DNA of 64,000 nucleotides from Orbicella franksi (Eukaryota): NCBI GenBank assembly GCA_964199315.1, contig OZ116709.1, positions 8,308,001 to 8,372,000 of the forward strand, read 5' to 3'. Shown piece by piece: positions 52,238 to 64,000 of this stretch (position 1 is its first letter; each line of letters starts with the position of its first letter). The notes under the pieces were generated by a model. It saw only the letters and a program-made list of their open reading frames with translations, ran no database searches and was not told where the DNA came from. The position numbers and the translations under genes were made by a program.

Positions 52238-55200
52238 TATTATTATTATCATCACTATCACTATCACTATCATTATCACTATCACTATCATTATCACTAT
52301 CACTATCACTATCACTATCACTATCACTATCACTATCACTATCACTATCACTATCACTATCACTATCACTATCATAATTCATTATCATTAACATTATTTG
52401 TATTATTATTTTACTATTGACCAAGCAGTTGATTACAGATGAGGATCATAATGGAGAGCCACCACTCACCGTCACTGACATAGTTTTTGGGCTTTGGCAA
52501 GGCATCTTCAGGGCAACACAAAAACCCATCAACGGTATAGCCAGAAAGTTGCGAAAGTGGCTCGCATGTCGCAGCGTCCAAGAAGGCGTTTCCTACTACG
52601 AAAAGGGCTTTGCTCGAGCTTTCACCGATAACGCCCACAACACTCTGTCCCCCAGGGCTTGTGGGACAAACTTCGGCTGCTGTGCAGAGCCTTCTGTTTG
52701 TATAATCACAGTGATCTGCGCTCGTGTCAACAGTGGAAGCTTGAGTAGAAGAGTCACTGGCAAACCAGGATGCGCCTGGGCCTACGAAACGGAAACGTAG
52801 TTGGTATATAAGGGGCGTGGCTTAGAGGTGTAAATGAACCTACTAGTCTCGGTCAATGTTGTTAATTGACAGCGTACTGATTTGTTATATTCCATGTCTA
52901 AATTGAAGCACTAGAACCTTTAGCATTTATGAGTAAATCGAGCGTCAAATCTGTTTTCTTTACTTCTCACCAAAATAATTATAAACAAATGTTTTTTTAA
53001 AACAATTTAAAGTGAAAACTAACGGTAAAAGCGCGCGACGTTTCGACCGAACTTCGGTCATTATCAAGCTGGAAGATAGAAGTTTACCAAAATAATGTTT
53101 AGAAATTACCAATTTCCAGTTAAGCACCTCTCGTGCAAAGTATGTTTTCGTTTCGTTATCGTTTGCTACTCGTTGTTTTAGGTTTTAGATTTTGTATCAG
53201 GTATTGCATGACTGAAGTATTGAAGCCACAGATTCTATGACACAACACTGACCATCTTGAGGGAAAATAACCTGAAACCTGAAGCTCTGGAAACTTAACT
53301 TGAAGAAGCAAAAGCAGGAAACAGTGATCTGAAAGAATTAAATGGCTATCCAATGTAAAAAATATATCACCCTCTCAAGTTAAATCAAGTGGTCAAGTTT
53401 ACAATTCCCAAAATACTCTTTGAGGTCGACCACCACCAAAAACTCGTACAAGACCATGGCAAGATTCATTGTTTATTACAACGGAGAACAGCAACAGCGA
53501 CAACAGTTATAAAGCTGACAGTAACGGCAAGTACAAACAACAACAACACAAACAACCACCACAAACATTAGTCTCTTGTATCATACTAACCAACTACACG
53601 AAAACGGCTTCTGCTTTCCCGGCATGCCGCGTTTGAATTGCTCAGAGCTCTTAACTTGTTGCCTGTTTGTATAGTTAGACAGTATCCAACGTTGTTAATG
53701 AGAATCTCCCCGTTAGGCTGTACGGAAAATGTGATAACGTTTTCAAAGTGTGGATCGCGTGGCCATGTACCACAGGGAGACTGTCGAAATAATTTAAGTA
53801 AAAGACGATGTGAGCACATAATAACGGAAGCACTAGTCAGTGCCCTTCGATCCTCAAACAAGCGCCCGTCCAAGCCAAATATGGGCCTACCCCCAAATGA
53901 TTGCCCCTAACTAAAAGATTGAAATTTGGAACGAGACAAGCCCCTGGAATATGGCTCCTAACCATAATCTCCACCCCGACCCCACCTTTGCCCCACTTAG
54001 TTTTAACGTCGGTTTCCATCTTACTGGAATGCAAATTGATTTCAGTGACGGTTCACTAATAAGCCGAAGAGACTCGCAAGTGCCCGTATTATGACAACGA
54101 TGACGGACAAAACTGCGTCTGTTTGCCGAGGAACCGAACGACGCTTGGTGTCTGTAACTTGACTTCAAAGTGAAGAAACCTTACTGTCGTTCAAATCTGA
54201 CAAAGGTCTCTAGCCAGTTTCAAACCACGGCGGTATATGGGGGGGGGGGGGGGTAAGGGGGGGAATAAAACTCCATGTGAAAAGGTCAGGGGTGCTCTTT
54301 GGAAATTTTGAAAAGCTAAAAGGATGGCAACTTGAAAAGCCATGGTTATCGATAGTGGATTACAAACTCATTAGTCCATTTAGCTGCTTGGAGACACAAA
54401 AACTCTGTCCATTCATTCATTTCACGTATCAGCCCGGGTTGGGGGTGGGGGGGAGGGGGCTACTCCCATTTATGGACTATATAGGTGTTGTGTTTTTGAG
54501 TTCGGAGTAAAACTATAGAGTACACAATGAATCGGGATAAGTGATCTACACAACTGCTCTGTTAAAACTGACCAAAACTAATCGATGTACAATGATATAA
54601 TGCTATAATCACGTGACTGCAGTTTACGGTGTGCTAACCAATGATTATAGGATTATGGATTATCTAACAAATAAGGTATTCATAAAATAGGAACAACCAC
54701 TACCATAGGTATGTGCCGCGAGAAAGGGTGGGGTTTGTGAGGTTCTCGATCTTAAAATAGGGTATCATTTTTGCCCCGGTTGGCATAACCAACAGGGGCA
54801 AAGTTCAGCTAAAATTGCAGTGCGTAAATTGCCAGCTAAACAAAAACCAAATTATATATTACAACTGCACTATACGTTAACTTCCAATGTTACAGAAACG
54901 AAGTGAAGTTGACTTGTTCACGCTATTCTTAGTTTTTGTTTTTCCCTTGAATAGGGTATCAATTTTCATTTGTGTCATTCTTAAATAAGGTCAGGGTTTA
55001 AGACTCTTCGCGGCACACACCTATCCGAAATTTACGCAAGTACTCACCCTCCGGTCTCTATGACTCCGTCGTAACGTGAATTGGTGGTCAAGTGGGTTCT
55101 CGTAGGAGAAGTGCATGTGTTATGACCTGCTCATTGAGGGGAATATCCTAATTTATAATATATACCTTAAAGACATCGCGTTCTTGATACATATGAACAC

Positions 55201-56007
55201 ACCAGCCAGACTCTTTTATCCTTCCGTTTGTTTCCAAGGACACCGTAGCACAGTTAGAAGTGTCCAGTTTCATTAAATGATCAATGCACCATATAAAAGC
55301 CCCTCTGTGGGTACTGCAAGTTCCATATGGAGGATTACTCATCTCACCAAAGTTCACGCATTTCTTGGTGTCTTTGTGTTGCAGTGCTCCCGTGACAATA
55401 CCTAACATTTTTTGAATTAACAAACGCACAATAATTGTGAGCAAAAGTTTGAAGATTTTTGTGAATTTCATGAGACACTGGCCGTGAATTTTACACTTGC
55501 AAGAAACAGTGTAAAATTTACGTTTGCAAAATAGAGTTTTGAACGTTGAAAATAAAAAGGAGAAACATAGGAAATCAAAGACGAAGAGCAATTGTGAAAC
55601 TAGTTGCTTTTCACCTCGGTATTTCAAAGTTAACAAAGTGACGTCAGTTTTTTATGCCATTGCGTCTGTCCTGTTATTGATCATGAATTTCGTCATAACA
55701 TTGTCAAAGTAGCTGTGGATCCACAAGGTGATAGTCGAGTGGATCCGCATGGGCGGATCTTGAGACGCCGGACGTGAAATCCGGAGGTCGGGGGTTCAAG
55801 TTACGCGTGCCTTGTTCATAGTAAGCTGGAGTTGTTTCTCGGTAGACCCCACTTCCATTCCTCGGTCATGTTTGTAAATAGCCGACTGGTCCGCCTCCCG
55901 CTAGTTAGGATTTTTAAGCCTCTTATGTTTATTTGCAATATTTGTTTCTTTCAGTTTAAGTGGCATGCCTGAGAACTAGCTAAGTGCATCGACCACTATA
56001 AACATTC

Positions 56008-56044
<37 letters not shown>

Positions 56045-56637
56045 CAATGTCCCCGGCCAGGGCTCGAGCCCGCTCCGCTCGATCCGGAGTTTCGAGCGTA
56101 CTAACCATGAGGCCAAAATCATTGAGGCACTACTGTATATTTGTTTGATTTTAATATGTCCAAACAACAACAACAGCAACTTTATTTGTACTCATACCTA
56201 ACATTTAAGTGTACAAAAATAAGTTTAAAATTAAAACGAGTACATGACTGCCCGAAAATCTTCAGAGTCTGGATGGGGCTTTAAAGCTTTAACTGATAGC
56301 TGCGAACTGGTAAAAATTTCAACTGTCACTTGAGAAATGAGGCGCTTCTAACCGGTAGCTGAGATCTGCAATCTGAAAATTTATTGATAGCTGAGTGAGG
56401 AATGGTGTGAAATTTTAACTGAAAGCTAAGAAATCGTGGAAAATGTAACTGAGATTCCAGAACCCATCCAGACCTGCTAACAAGAAAAAACGCCCAGTGG
56501 CACTGTTTTTGTCAAAGGTAAGATTCTTACTATTTGTCAATACTTAGAGACAACATACCGTCCTCAAACGCAGTAAATTCGCTGACACTCCTTTCTGCAA
56601 CCAACAAGAATAACAGACACACTACCAAGGTGTTCAT
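45589..56637 (-). CDS. Secreted multidomain protein: signal peptide, beta-trefoil lectin-like modules, Cys-rich module, 2 EGF, alpha-helical pore-forming-toxin-like module with Tc-toxin-like C-terminal domain; 10 exons, ~1460 aa
   Basis: Exons (-): 56559-56637 (MNTLVVCLLFLLVAERSVS), 55166-55401, 54025-54162, 53591-53780, 52470-52781, 51067-51241, 50093-50241, 49111-49289, 48673-48856, 45589-48329. All GT..AG; phases 1,0,0,1,1,2,1,0,1 join into one 4383-nt frame. The exon 3 acceptor (AAG) is the least certain. Gene model well supported; function inferred. Confidence 0.8.
51601..51687. mobile_element. 87-bp TAG-ended MITE with 9-bp TSD
   Basis: tagcct.. / ..gaggtta ends; flanks catctaata / catctaatg (8/9). 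Confidence 0.6.
52194..52375. repeat. Compound microsatellite (TAT)n + (ATCACT)n in intron 5 of the toxin-like gene
   Basis: Direct inspection. Confidence 0.95.
54432..55044. mobile_element. G/C-ended MITE (same class as 13139-13587) interrupted by a 218-bp insert
   Basis: cccggg..tactccc start and gtactcaccctccgg end; insert 54487-54704 flanked by ataggt direct repeats. Confidence 0.55.
55765..56043 (+). mobile_element. tRNA-derived SINE with (CAA)n tail
   Basis: B-box-like ggttcaag (~55794), central tgtaaatagccgactggtccgcctccc core, (CAA)12 tail at 56007-56043. Confidence 0.6.
56044..56115 (-). mobile_element. 5' head of a second tRNA-derived SINE
   Basis: Reverse strand reads tggcctcatggttag (A box) ... 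gggctcgagccc (B-box-like) then ggggacattgtgtt. Confidence 0.55.
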
Positions 56638-56749
56638 TCTGTTAAGCCAGGCTCACCAACGTTCCCAGACAGAGGAACAACTGCCTCAGGTAAAAAGAGT
56701 GAAAGATACAGACGCTATGTAACTGATATACATCAAGTTCTCAAATAAC

Positions 56750-57085
56750 ATGATTTATTATAATCCATCAAATATCGCTTGCGCGCGATTGGTCTCAACG
56801 CGTCACGTGAGTGAATATTCCCCAGCTAAAACTGGAGAATATCGGAGTGATATTCCCCAATTGTCAAAACTCGCGTGTTGCGAAAAATATTTGAAGCAAC
56901 ACAATAGCCTCCACTTGGCGCGAAAATATGCTCGGATATTTGGGCTTGGAAATTGTCCCTTCCTCAAAGCTCACAGTTTTCCTCGAACTACGCTCTCGGA
57001 AAACTGTTCGTTCAGTCGCAACAGATAATGTCCGCGAACAAATATTCAAGCAGATTTCTGCGCCAAATGGAGGCTATTGTTGATA
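56750..57085. repeat. Dispersed repeat ending in a long hairpin
   Basis: Imperfect arms 56902-56942 / 57039-57079; gattggt motif near the 5' end. Confidence 0.65.
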
Positions 57086-60000
57086 TAGATCCAAAGAAAA
57101 AAAAATGATAGGAATTGTGCAGGGTGATCTAGAACTCTGTTTATCGAACCTCAGCCTCTTCTAACCTCGAATAAACTTTCCCCACCCCACTCCACCCGCA
57201 TCCCCTTTACACTATGCGCTCCTTCGAACGCCACTATCATAAACTTGTAATCATTGAAATAATTTCATATTAAACCCTTTGTTTCGGTCAATAAATGTAA
57301 AATTCTATTGAATGCAATCACGTCGGAGTAAATCGAGTAAAAGGCGAAAGGCGCGATTTTAAGAGCAAGAGACAGAGATGACATAATAAAGACGAAAAAA
57401 ATGCTAGGATAAAAATAGTGTTATTAGCCAATTAGAAACTGGAGACAACTATATTACTCTTACTTTTCTTTGAAAATACACCCACATGTACAAAATTATT
57501 AGACTGCGATTGCAGAGAAAACTGTGAGGACGCACTTACCAAATGAGAATGTCTGCAAACGCTGAAAAATATGGAACCAAACACAACACCAGACACGCAT
57601 GGCTTACCACAATGCAGAATTCCATAAGGTAATGAACTCTCCGATTACCGGTACCTCGATCGTAAACGTATTTGAAAAAGGGACAACTTTTAGTGACCCA
57701 AAGCACATGGGCGAATATGGAGATGACGTCATCGCCCCTGAATAATTTTTTGGGGGAACCAAATTGAACGCAAAAGCAGGAAATAAAGAAAACGACATCG
57801 TGCACCTTTTGCAAAGCTGAGTAGAGAACTTAAATCATCTTTTTTGTTAGCACGTAGTAGTTGTTTTTTGTTTTGCTTTTTTGTATCGCCATTTCAAACT
57901 TCTGGAAACATTTTAAGCAATGATTGATAAACTACAAAAAAATTGTAACTGTTGTAATACAGGATAGAGACCTTATTAAAGCTATCATAACTGGTTTGAA
58001 ATCGGACAACGGAACAAATCTATTTCTAAATCGCAAGATACTTCATCTCAAGCCACCAGTTCAGAAAGATTTTCGTCTTTCTTCCTTTAACGATTTCTGA
58101 TTGAATTGTCTCTGTTTGTGTCTCGCCCTCTTTCGAGAGCATCCTACTGTCAGTCGTTTTTGTATTAAACCATAAAAATAATTAACTTATAAAATAAAGT
58201 AGCTGTTTTCCTCTTTTACTCATGTATTTGCCTAACTTGGAGGTTATTGTGGAGCTTATTGTGTTACTTAAATACTTTGTTGTAATTGGTAACTAACTGA
58301 TCTCTTAAGCTGTTGTAAAATTATTTGCACGATACTGTTTTGTCAGCAGCTGTACATTGTAAAGAGGAATATCAGAGCAAAGAATTTGATGCAAAAAGTA
58401 TGATACAACGTTAATGATGAAATATAAGCTTTGTCGTGTAAGCCATTAGGTTTCGAGAAATGGAAAAAAAACTTTTTAATCAGCCACAACAGTACAAAAT
58501 GTTAAACCAAAATTCTGGAAAGACACGACAAAGTATCTAAACTGGACCATTTTTTGCCAATTTGAAGAGAACAAAGCGTATAACATTTTAATAATTAATG
58601 TTGTGAAAAAGCCACTTTTCTGTGTTAAAAGTGTTGTAAAAAAATTTTTAACAGAAAACAAAAGCAAAAAAGATATGCATAAAAATTTTACACTGATCAA
58701 TTTTCTCGAATTTTCTTTGTATATCATTGTGAAAAGAAAAATAATCGTACAGACAGTGTATGAACAGTCTGATGTTCCGCGGTGGTCAAATTTCAAACAA
58801 AATGTTCGTCTTTTGTTTAATTGATTTATGTTTGCGCTCAGTAGAACAATGTAGTTAAATTGTGTAAAAATATTAAAAGCATTTTAAACAAATACTTGAA
58901 ATCCTTTCTGCCAACAATACTTACCAATCCATGAAATATTTGATAAAGCAAACAGGGTGAATTTCACTCTTTGAGCTCCCTCCCTGTTTTTTTTTTCCTG
59001 AGTTACTGTTTAAAGATGTAAAACCTGATTTGTTCTAAGTTAAAATATAGGCAACATCTTACCCTTTGTTTATTTTTCCTATGTACTTAAGGTCTCAGAG
59101 GTGTGAATGCCTGGGAGTTCAAAACACAAGTGATGAATAAACAAGCGCGAAATGTATTTACTAATGTCTCCAGCTGATACTTTAACGGGTAAGTTTACAA
59201 ATTATCAAGGAACCAACAGGTTTCGCCTGTGTCTTCACAGTGTTGAAACCGACTTCGTTTAAATGAGGTAGTCATTTATTTATACCTCATAACAAGTACT
59301 GTCACAGATTCACTAAAACAATAGGCAGACCAATTACGAGCAAATTATTTCCAGTTGTCCTTTAATATATTGCAATTCCTTTTAATGTGTTTTCTTCGCT
59401 TAGAGCGGTTTTTAATTCATTTCGAAATTAATCAGGCTGTTACTTTGGATTTGGTTTTGGTTTTACTACGTTTTGAGATTGGCTGAGTAGTCTAATCGGT
59501 AACTTTACGACACTCAGTTGAAAACTACTCTAAATATCCTGAACTCTCGAAGTGGGGAAATCAGGGGCGTAGCCAGTGTATTTTCAGAGGTACGCACACC
59601 ATCTCTAGCGCGGGAGGAGCTTGTTTCCAGGTGGGTCTGCCGGGCATTTTGAAATCAGTTAGTCTCGGAACAGTTTTTTCCTACGTTCTCTGCGGAACAA
59701 TGTCCTAAAATAACTTCAAGATGCATACTGCACTTAATAATACACTGATGATTGTTTGACACTAAATCAGTTCAGTATTATTAAACAACGAAAGGAAGAC
59801 GAGTTGGTCTTTTCAGGCGAGAACGAGAAAAGCAGTGAACGTCAGAACTTAAAAGCGATTCTGGTCCTATTCAATTATCGCTTATATCGCTCTTTTTTAG
59901 TGTTAATCCTTGTCGCAATTTTTGCTACGCCCCAAACAACAAATGTTTTCCCCCGATCAACTGTCGAATTGCTGTTTTTCTCCCACCCACCTTAACCCCT

Positions 60001-62159
60001 AAAGATTATTCATTGAGCTCATCTGTTGTTTGTTTTTCAAAAAAGGATTTTTCTTCATTGAAGGTTTATTGAAGTGTAAACACCCTTGAAGAACACTGTA
60101 TTACATTTTTCCGAACTTGAAAGCACTAGAAACCACTAAGGAATATTATTATCAGATTATTATTAGAATCGAATTTTGTTTCATGGTTTTTATTGGACAG
60201 AAATGCGTCGACATGCCCTAATATGCTCCCGGCTTGTCAGAAATTGTAAGTCTCTAACCTCCCTCTGGTCAACAATCGCACGTCACGCTTTCAGTCACGC
60301 CGGTAAGCTTACTACGTGTTTTGCGTTCTTCCCAACGGATTTTCGAGGAAAAGAGAGACTGCTTGCAGGCTAGGGGCAAATAAGTATAATTTGCACTAGC
60401 TATTTGAAACAACAGAATTAAAATGTCCGCCGTGTCGCCCAAAAGGTCCATTCTCAAGATTTTGTTTGGTCAAATGTCCCATCCGCAAATCTTTGCAAAG
60501 CAGAATTGTTTTTCGTTTCTGGCGAAATTGGGCGGGGAAGGGGGTTGCTTGCTAAGTGGCAATTTGTCTCGCGTCTTTCTCCTTCCTACGATTCAGCTGC
60601 AGTTCAGTTGTTCCCCCTCCCCTACCACCACTTCGGCTTTAACTTTTCTTCAGATCTGTCCAATGTGATTGCTCTATTAATTAAATGCTCCTTACTGTTT
60701 CCATAGCTGGGAAATTTAGCAAAGGCTCGAGTGTCAGTTAGATTTCGAATTCTTCCAAACGTCGTCAAATTGAACGAGTAAAATAACTGTCAAAAACACT
60801 TACGTGACTACTATTCACTTCCTGTTTGTAACGCGTCCAGGCCTGTTCATAATTTTCGGCCGGAAGTTAGAAAGGAACCTATGCTCTATCCATTTCTCGT
60901 CTATGGGTCAAAATAATCTGCGACCAGGCTTTCTTTTGTTTCGCCCCAGCAAAAAATGAACGACAGATTGCAGATTGTGGTTAAAATAATTTGTGGTTTT
61001 GGCTTCTGCTTATTAGAGCATTTGGTAGGGTCACGCTAAACACGTGCACTTCACATGAGCAAACCAATACATTGCCTTTCAGTTGCGTCAATATGATTGG
61101 CTAACGCAGTTGGCCATAGCGCGCGGACATGTTCCCGGCGTGAAATAAGACGACTTTTCAGGACACGCATATAGAAATGCGAAAATGTAGGCGACTGATG
61201 GTTTTTGTCTGCCTCTCTTGAATTTGTAAGACTTTAGCCGGACGGTTTAATACCTGCATCGGTGAAGAATGGATAAATAACGTTTTATTCTGTTCGCGAT
61301 CGTTCAGAGGATTCGTCTTGGCCTTGGCGGCATCTCTCACCGGTTGGGCTGTTTGTTTTCACAGGCTTACAAGTAACCCGCCTGCCCATTAGACTGTTTT
61401 CAATCGGTGTAGTCTTTTAGCTTTCTACCACTACCAAGAGATCTTTTCTTGGCCATGAGTCGTTTATTTACGAGGACATTCATCGGATCGTGGAGGTTTC
61501 CAAACTGTCGCTTGATTTGCCTGAGCAGTGTGACGCAAATAAGGTGCAACACTTCCCTATTTGGCTCTCAAACACAAGCATGGTCATACGTGAAACAACA
61601 GACCCTGGACGAAGCTTCCTCTAAGGTTTGTTTAATTTTTAACTTGCTGTAAAAATGTTTCCAGTAAACCCACCCTAGTTTAGTATTGTACATCTTCTAT
61701 TGTAGCTCTCTCATCGATTGTTTTTGTCAAAGATAAGCTTATAATTTTGGAATGAACTGATGCTTTCGCTGAGAAGATGTTTCTGTGGCTTTGTTGACAC
61801 TTGATATGCTCTCAAAATTTTTGTCTTGTAGCCTTCGATTCGGCTAACGCCTTTCCAAATGCTATGGGCCGGCAGATTTAAAGATGGAACCCATTTACTG
61901 GTAAGAGAGAATTCCCGTAGACAGATATAGAAATTACAAACGCAAACAATACGCTTGGTTTCGTTTTAATTTAGTTCAGTCGCAACTACATTTATCAATT
62001 TGCTGTAGACCGTGGCGTCTACATCGACTGTAGCAAGTTTCACCTTTGCATTACACCTTGATCTCTAGATATTAAAAAATAATTGCTTTTGCAAAGGGTG
62101 ATTAGTTTTATTTGGCGTGACGAGAGTTCTATTTTTGTCATAGACAGTGTTCTCCCTTA

Positions 62160-62650
62160 TTTTCAGCACAACAGGTTTTTTACAATAACTGTCTAATTTC
62201 TTGCATGCTGATTGGCTCATTTTTATCATCAATAAGAGTGCAGACAGATAAAATTTTAATTTATGCAAGCTTTCAAGTTCAACTCTCAGCTGTTAAACTG
62301 TCAACTTTTAAACCAATGAGATTTTAGGGACTTTTTTAAGTAGCCAATGAAAAAGTGAGAAAAGCTATCGACAATGTTCATGTCATTTTGAATAGAACTC
62401 ACTTATCTTTGTTTACGGCAAGTTTGCGGCGTTTTTTCCCCTCATTTATTCCCAGCATTTGACCATTTTGGGGTCTTGTTATTGTAAAAAACAAATTGAC
62501 ATCAGTTTTTTTAGGCGTCTGTCCTCTTATTGATGATAAATTTTGTCATAATATTGTCAAAGTTTATTGTGGAACCACTTTGACAATGTTATAACACAAT
62601 TTATCATCAGTAAGAGGACAGACGCATAAAAAACTGACGTCAATTTGTTT
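62160..62650. repeat. Dispersed repeat ending in a ~74-bp-arm hairpin; partial related copy at ~55630-55725
   Basis: Imperfect arms 62490-62563 / 62577-62649; ctgattggct motif near the 5' end. Confidence 0.7.
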
Positions 62651-64000
62651 AATAGAGCTTTTCAAACCGGTAGCGCAATCAGGTGAATCGCAACCACGTG
62701 TACATGGAATATAAATCTTTAACATTCTTCTTAACTGAAACGCCGTCCTTAAATTGCATATGCAGTAAAAATAGTTAATTTTTAAATATTTATAAAATAG
62801 TTACACACAATTCCAAAGTTTTAGACTTTTAAGCATTGGCTGGGAAGGCGAGGGGGGCTGCAGCACCCCCAGGTACGGAAATTATGTGATTTTTCGGGTG
62901 AAATGCTAAATTATTCGGGCAACGACACTTGAGAGAAAACATTACAAAATAATGCTGTTGGCATGATTTCCAAAACTCTTAAATAAAGTTTCCAGTTAGT
63001 TACTTTTAATTTTTTTAGAACTTTTTCTTTTAATAAGTCTTAGATTTTACTTGGATTGAGACTGTTGACAGATTGAGTATGCAAGCTTTCAATATAATTA
63101 TTTTTGTAATTATCGCTTTTTCATTGGATGTGGGAATTGTGAACATTTTTGTTTTGAGCATTTGAGTGCATTTGCATCCTGATTTCAACACACCCACGTT
63201 CGGGCATTGTGTAAATTTTTCGGGCAAGAAGGTCACTGGCCCCCCAAGTCCGAAGGTGCCCGTACGCCTATGCTTTTAAGCCCTGGCCAAAAGGTCTCGC
63301 AAGTAGTTGCAAGTAGCCGCGAGTTGAACTTGTGTAGAGACTTGCAAGTACATGCAAGTGGCAAAAAAAACATCAAAGGCTAGGGGCTACATACATATCC
63401 TGTATTTCATTGGCTAATAGGTTACTGTAACAACAAAAAGGCATCACTCATCTTGCGTTGACTTGGGTTGGGTGGCCAAACGGTGAGAAAGTTGCATTGA
63501 CTTCTGTAAAACTTTGATCTTGACCAAAGTGAGTGCAAGTCATCGCAAGTCAACGCAAGTGCACGCAAGGCCAGGCCAAACAGACTTGCAAGTAGACCCA
63601 AGTTCTCAACTTGTGTCCACTTGTGAGTCCCTTAAGGGTGGGAATTGACAACTTTACAAGTATTCAAAGCTATATATTTTGCCCCTAAAAATGTTCAGGG
63701 GAATTTAAAACTTATTGAAAACGCTACTGACTTTTTTGCTCAAAAAAAGTTTTCCAATGACTTTTTTAATTTCGAATTTGTTATAAATACAAAAAATTAG
63801 TAATTGGACGTCGTGTTGTATAATTCAGGGAATAATCGTACTCATTATGTCAAATTGACGTAGAACTATGGGCTTGTCCGATTTTGACATTACTCACCTG
63901 AAAGATTGAACGTTTGTGGGTAATAAGTTGTTTGTTACATCGCTTTTTGGTTTGTGCAGACCTGTAACAGTCAGAACATGGGTTATATCGGCTACAAATA

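Noticed and set aside
52146-52424. (SD)n, poly-Y and poly-IT ORFs
   Set aside because: Translations of intronic microsatellites.
53156-53353. Extra exon of the toxin-like gene
   Set aside because: Phase-compatible acceptor but the frame hits a stop with no good donor; exon 4 joins exon 5 directly. Could at most be a minor truncating exon.
1-64000. CRISPR arrays, rRNA, prokaryotic operons
   Set aside because: No repeat-spacer arrays or rRNA-like sequence; all genes are spliced eukaryotic genes.

Overview
Eukaryotic, AT-rich, intron-rich animal DNA; gene set and repeat content suggest a stony coral or other anthozoan (inference). Five spliced genes were reconstructed by hand with GT..AG introns and phase-consistent frames: PIPOX/sarcosine oxidase (-, 9 exons), an N-myristoylation-motif globin (+, 4 exons), IFT20 (-, 4 exons), KCTD10 (-, 4 exons) and a ~1460-aa secreted protein (-, 10 exons). 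The last is the best candidate for an undescribed system. It joins a signal peptide, several beta-trefoil lectin-like modules, a Cys-rich module and two EGF repeats to an ~780-aa alpha-helical, pore-forming-toxin-like module with a Tc-toxin-like C-terminal beta-domain; that module sits in one intron-free exon. Non-genic DNA holds a 9-bp tandem repeat with higher-order structure, several TIR elements with 9-bp target-site duplications (two carry RecQ-helicase remnants, AcademH-like), a 385-bp palindromic tRNA-SINE insertion, hairpin-ended repeats, MITEs, SINEs and a LINE RT fragment. All homology calls come from motif recognition, not database searches.
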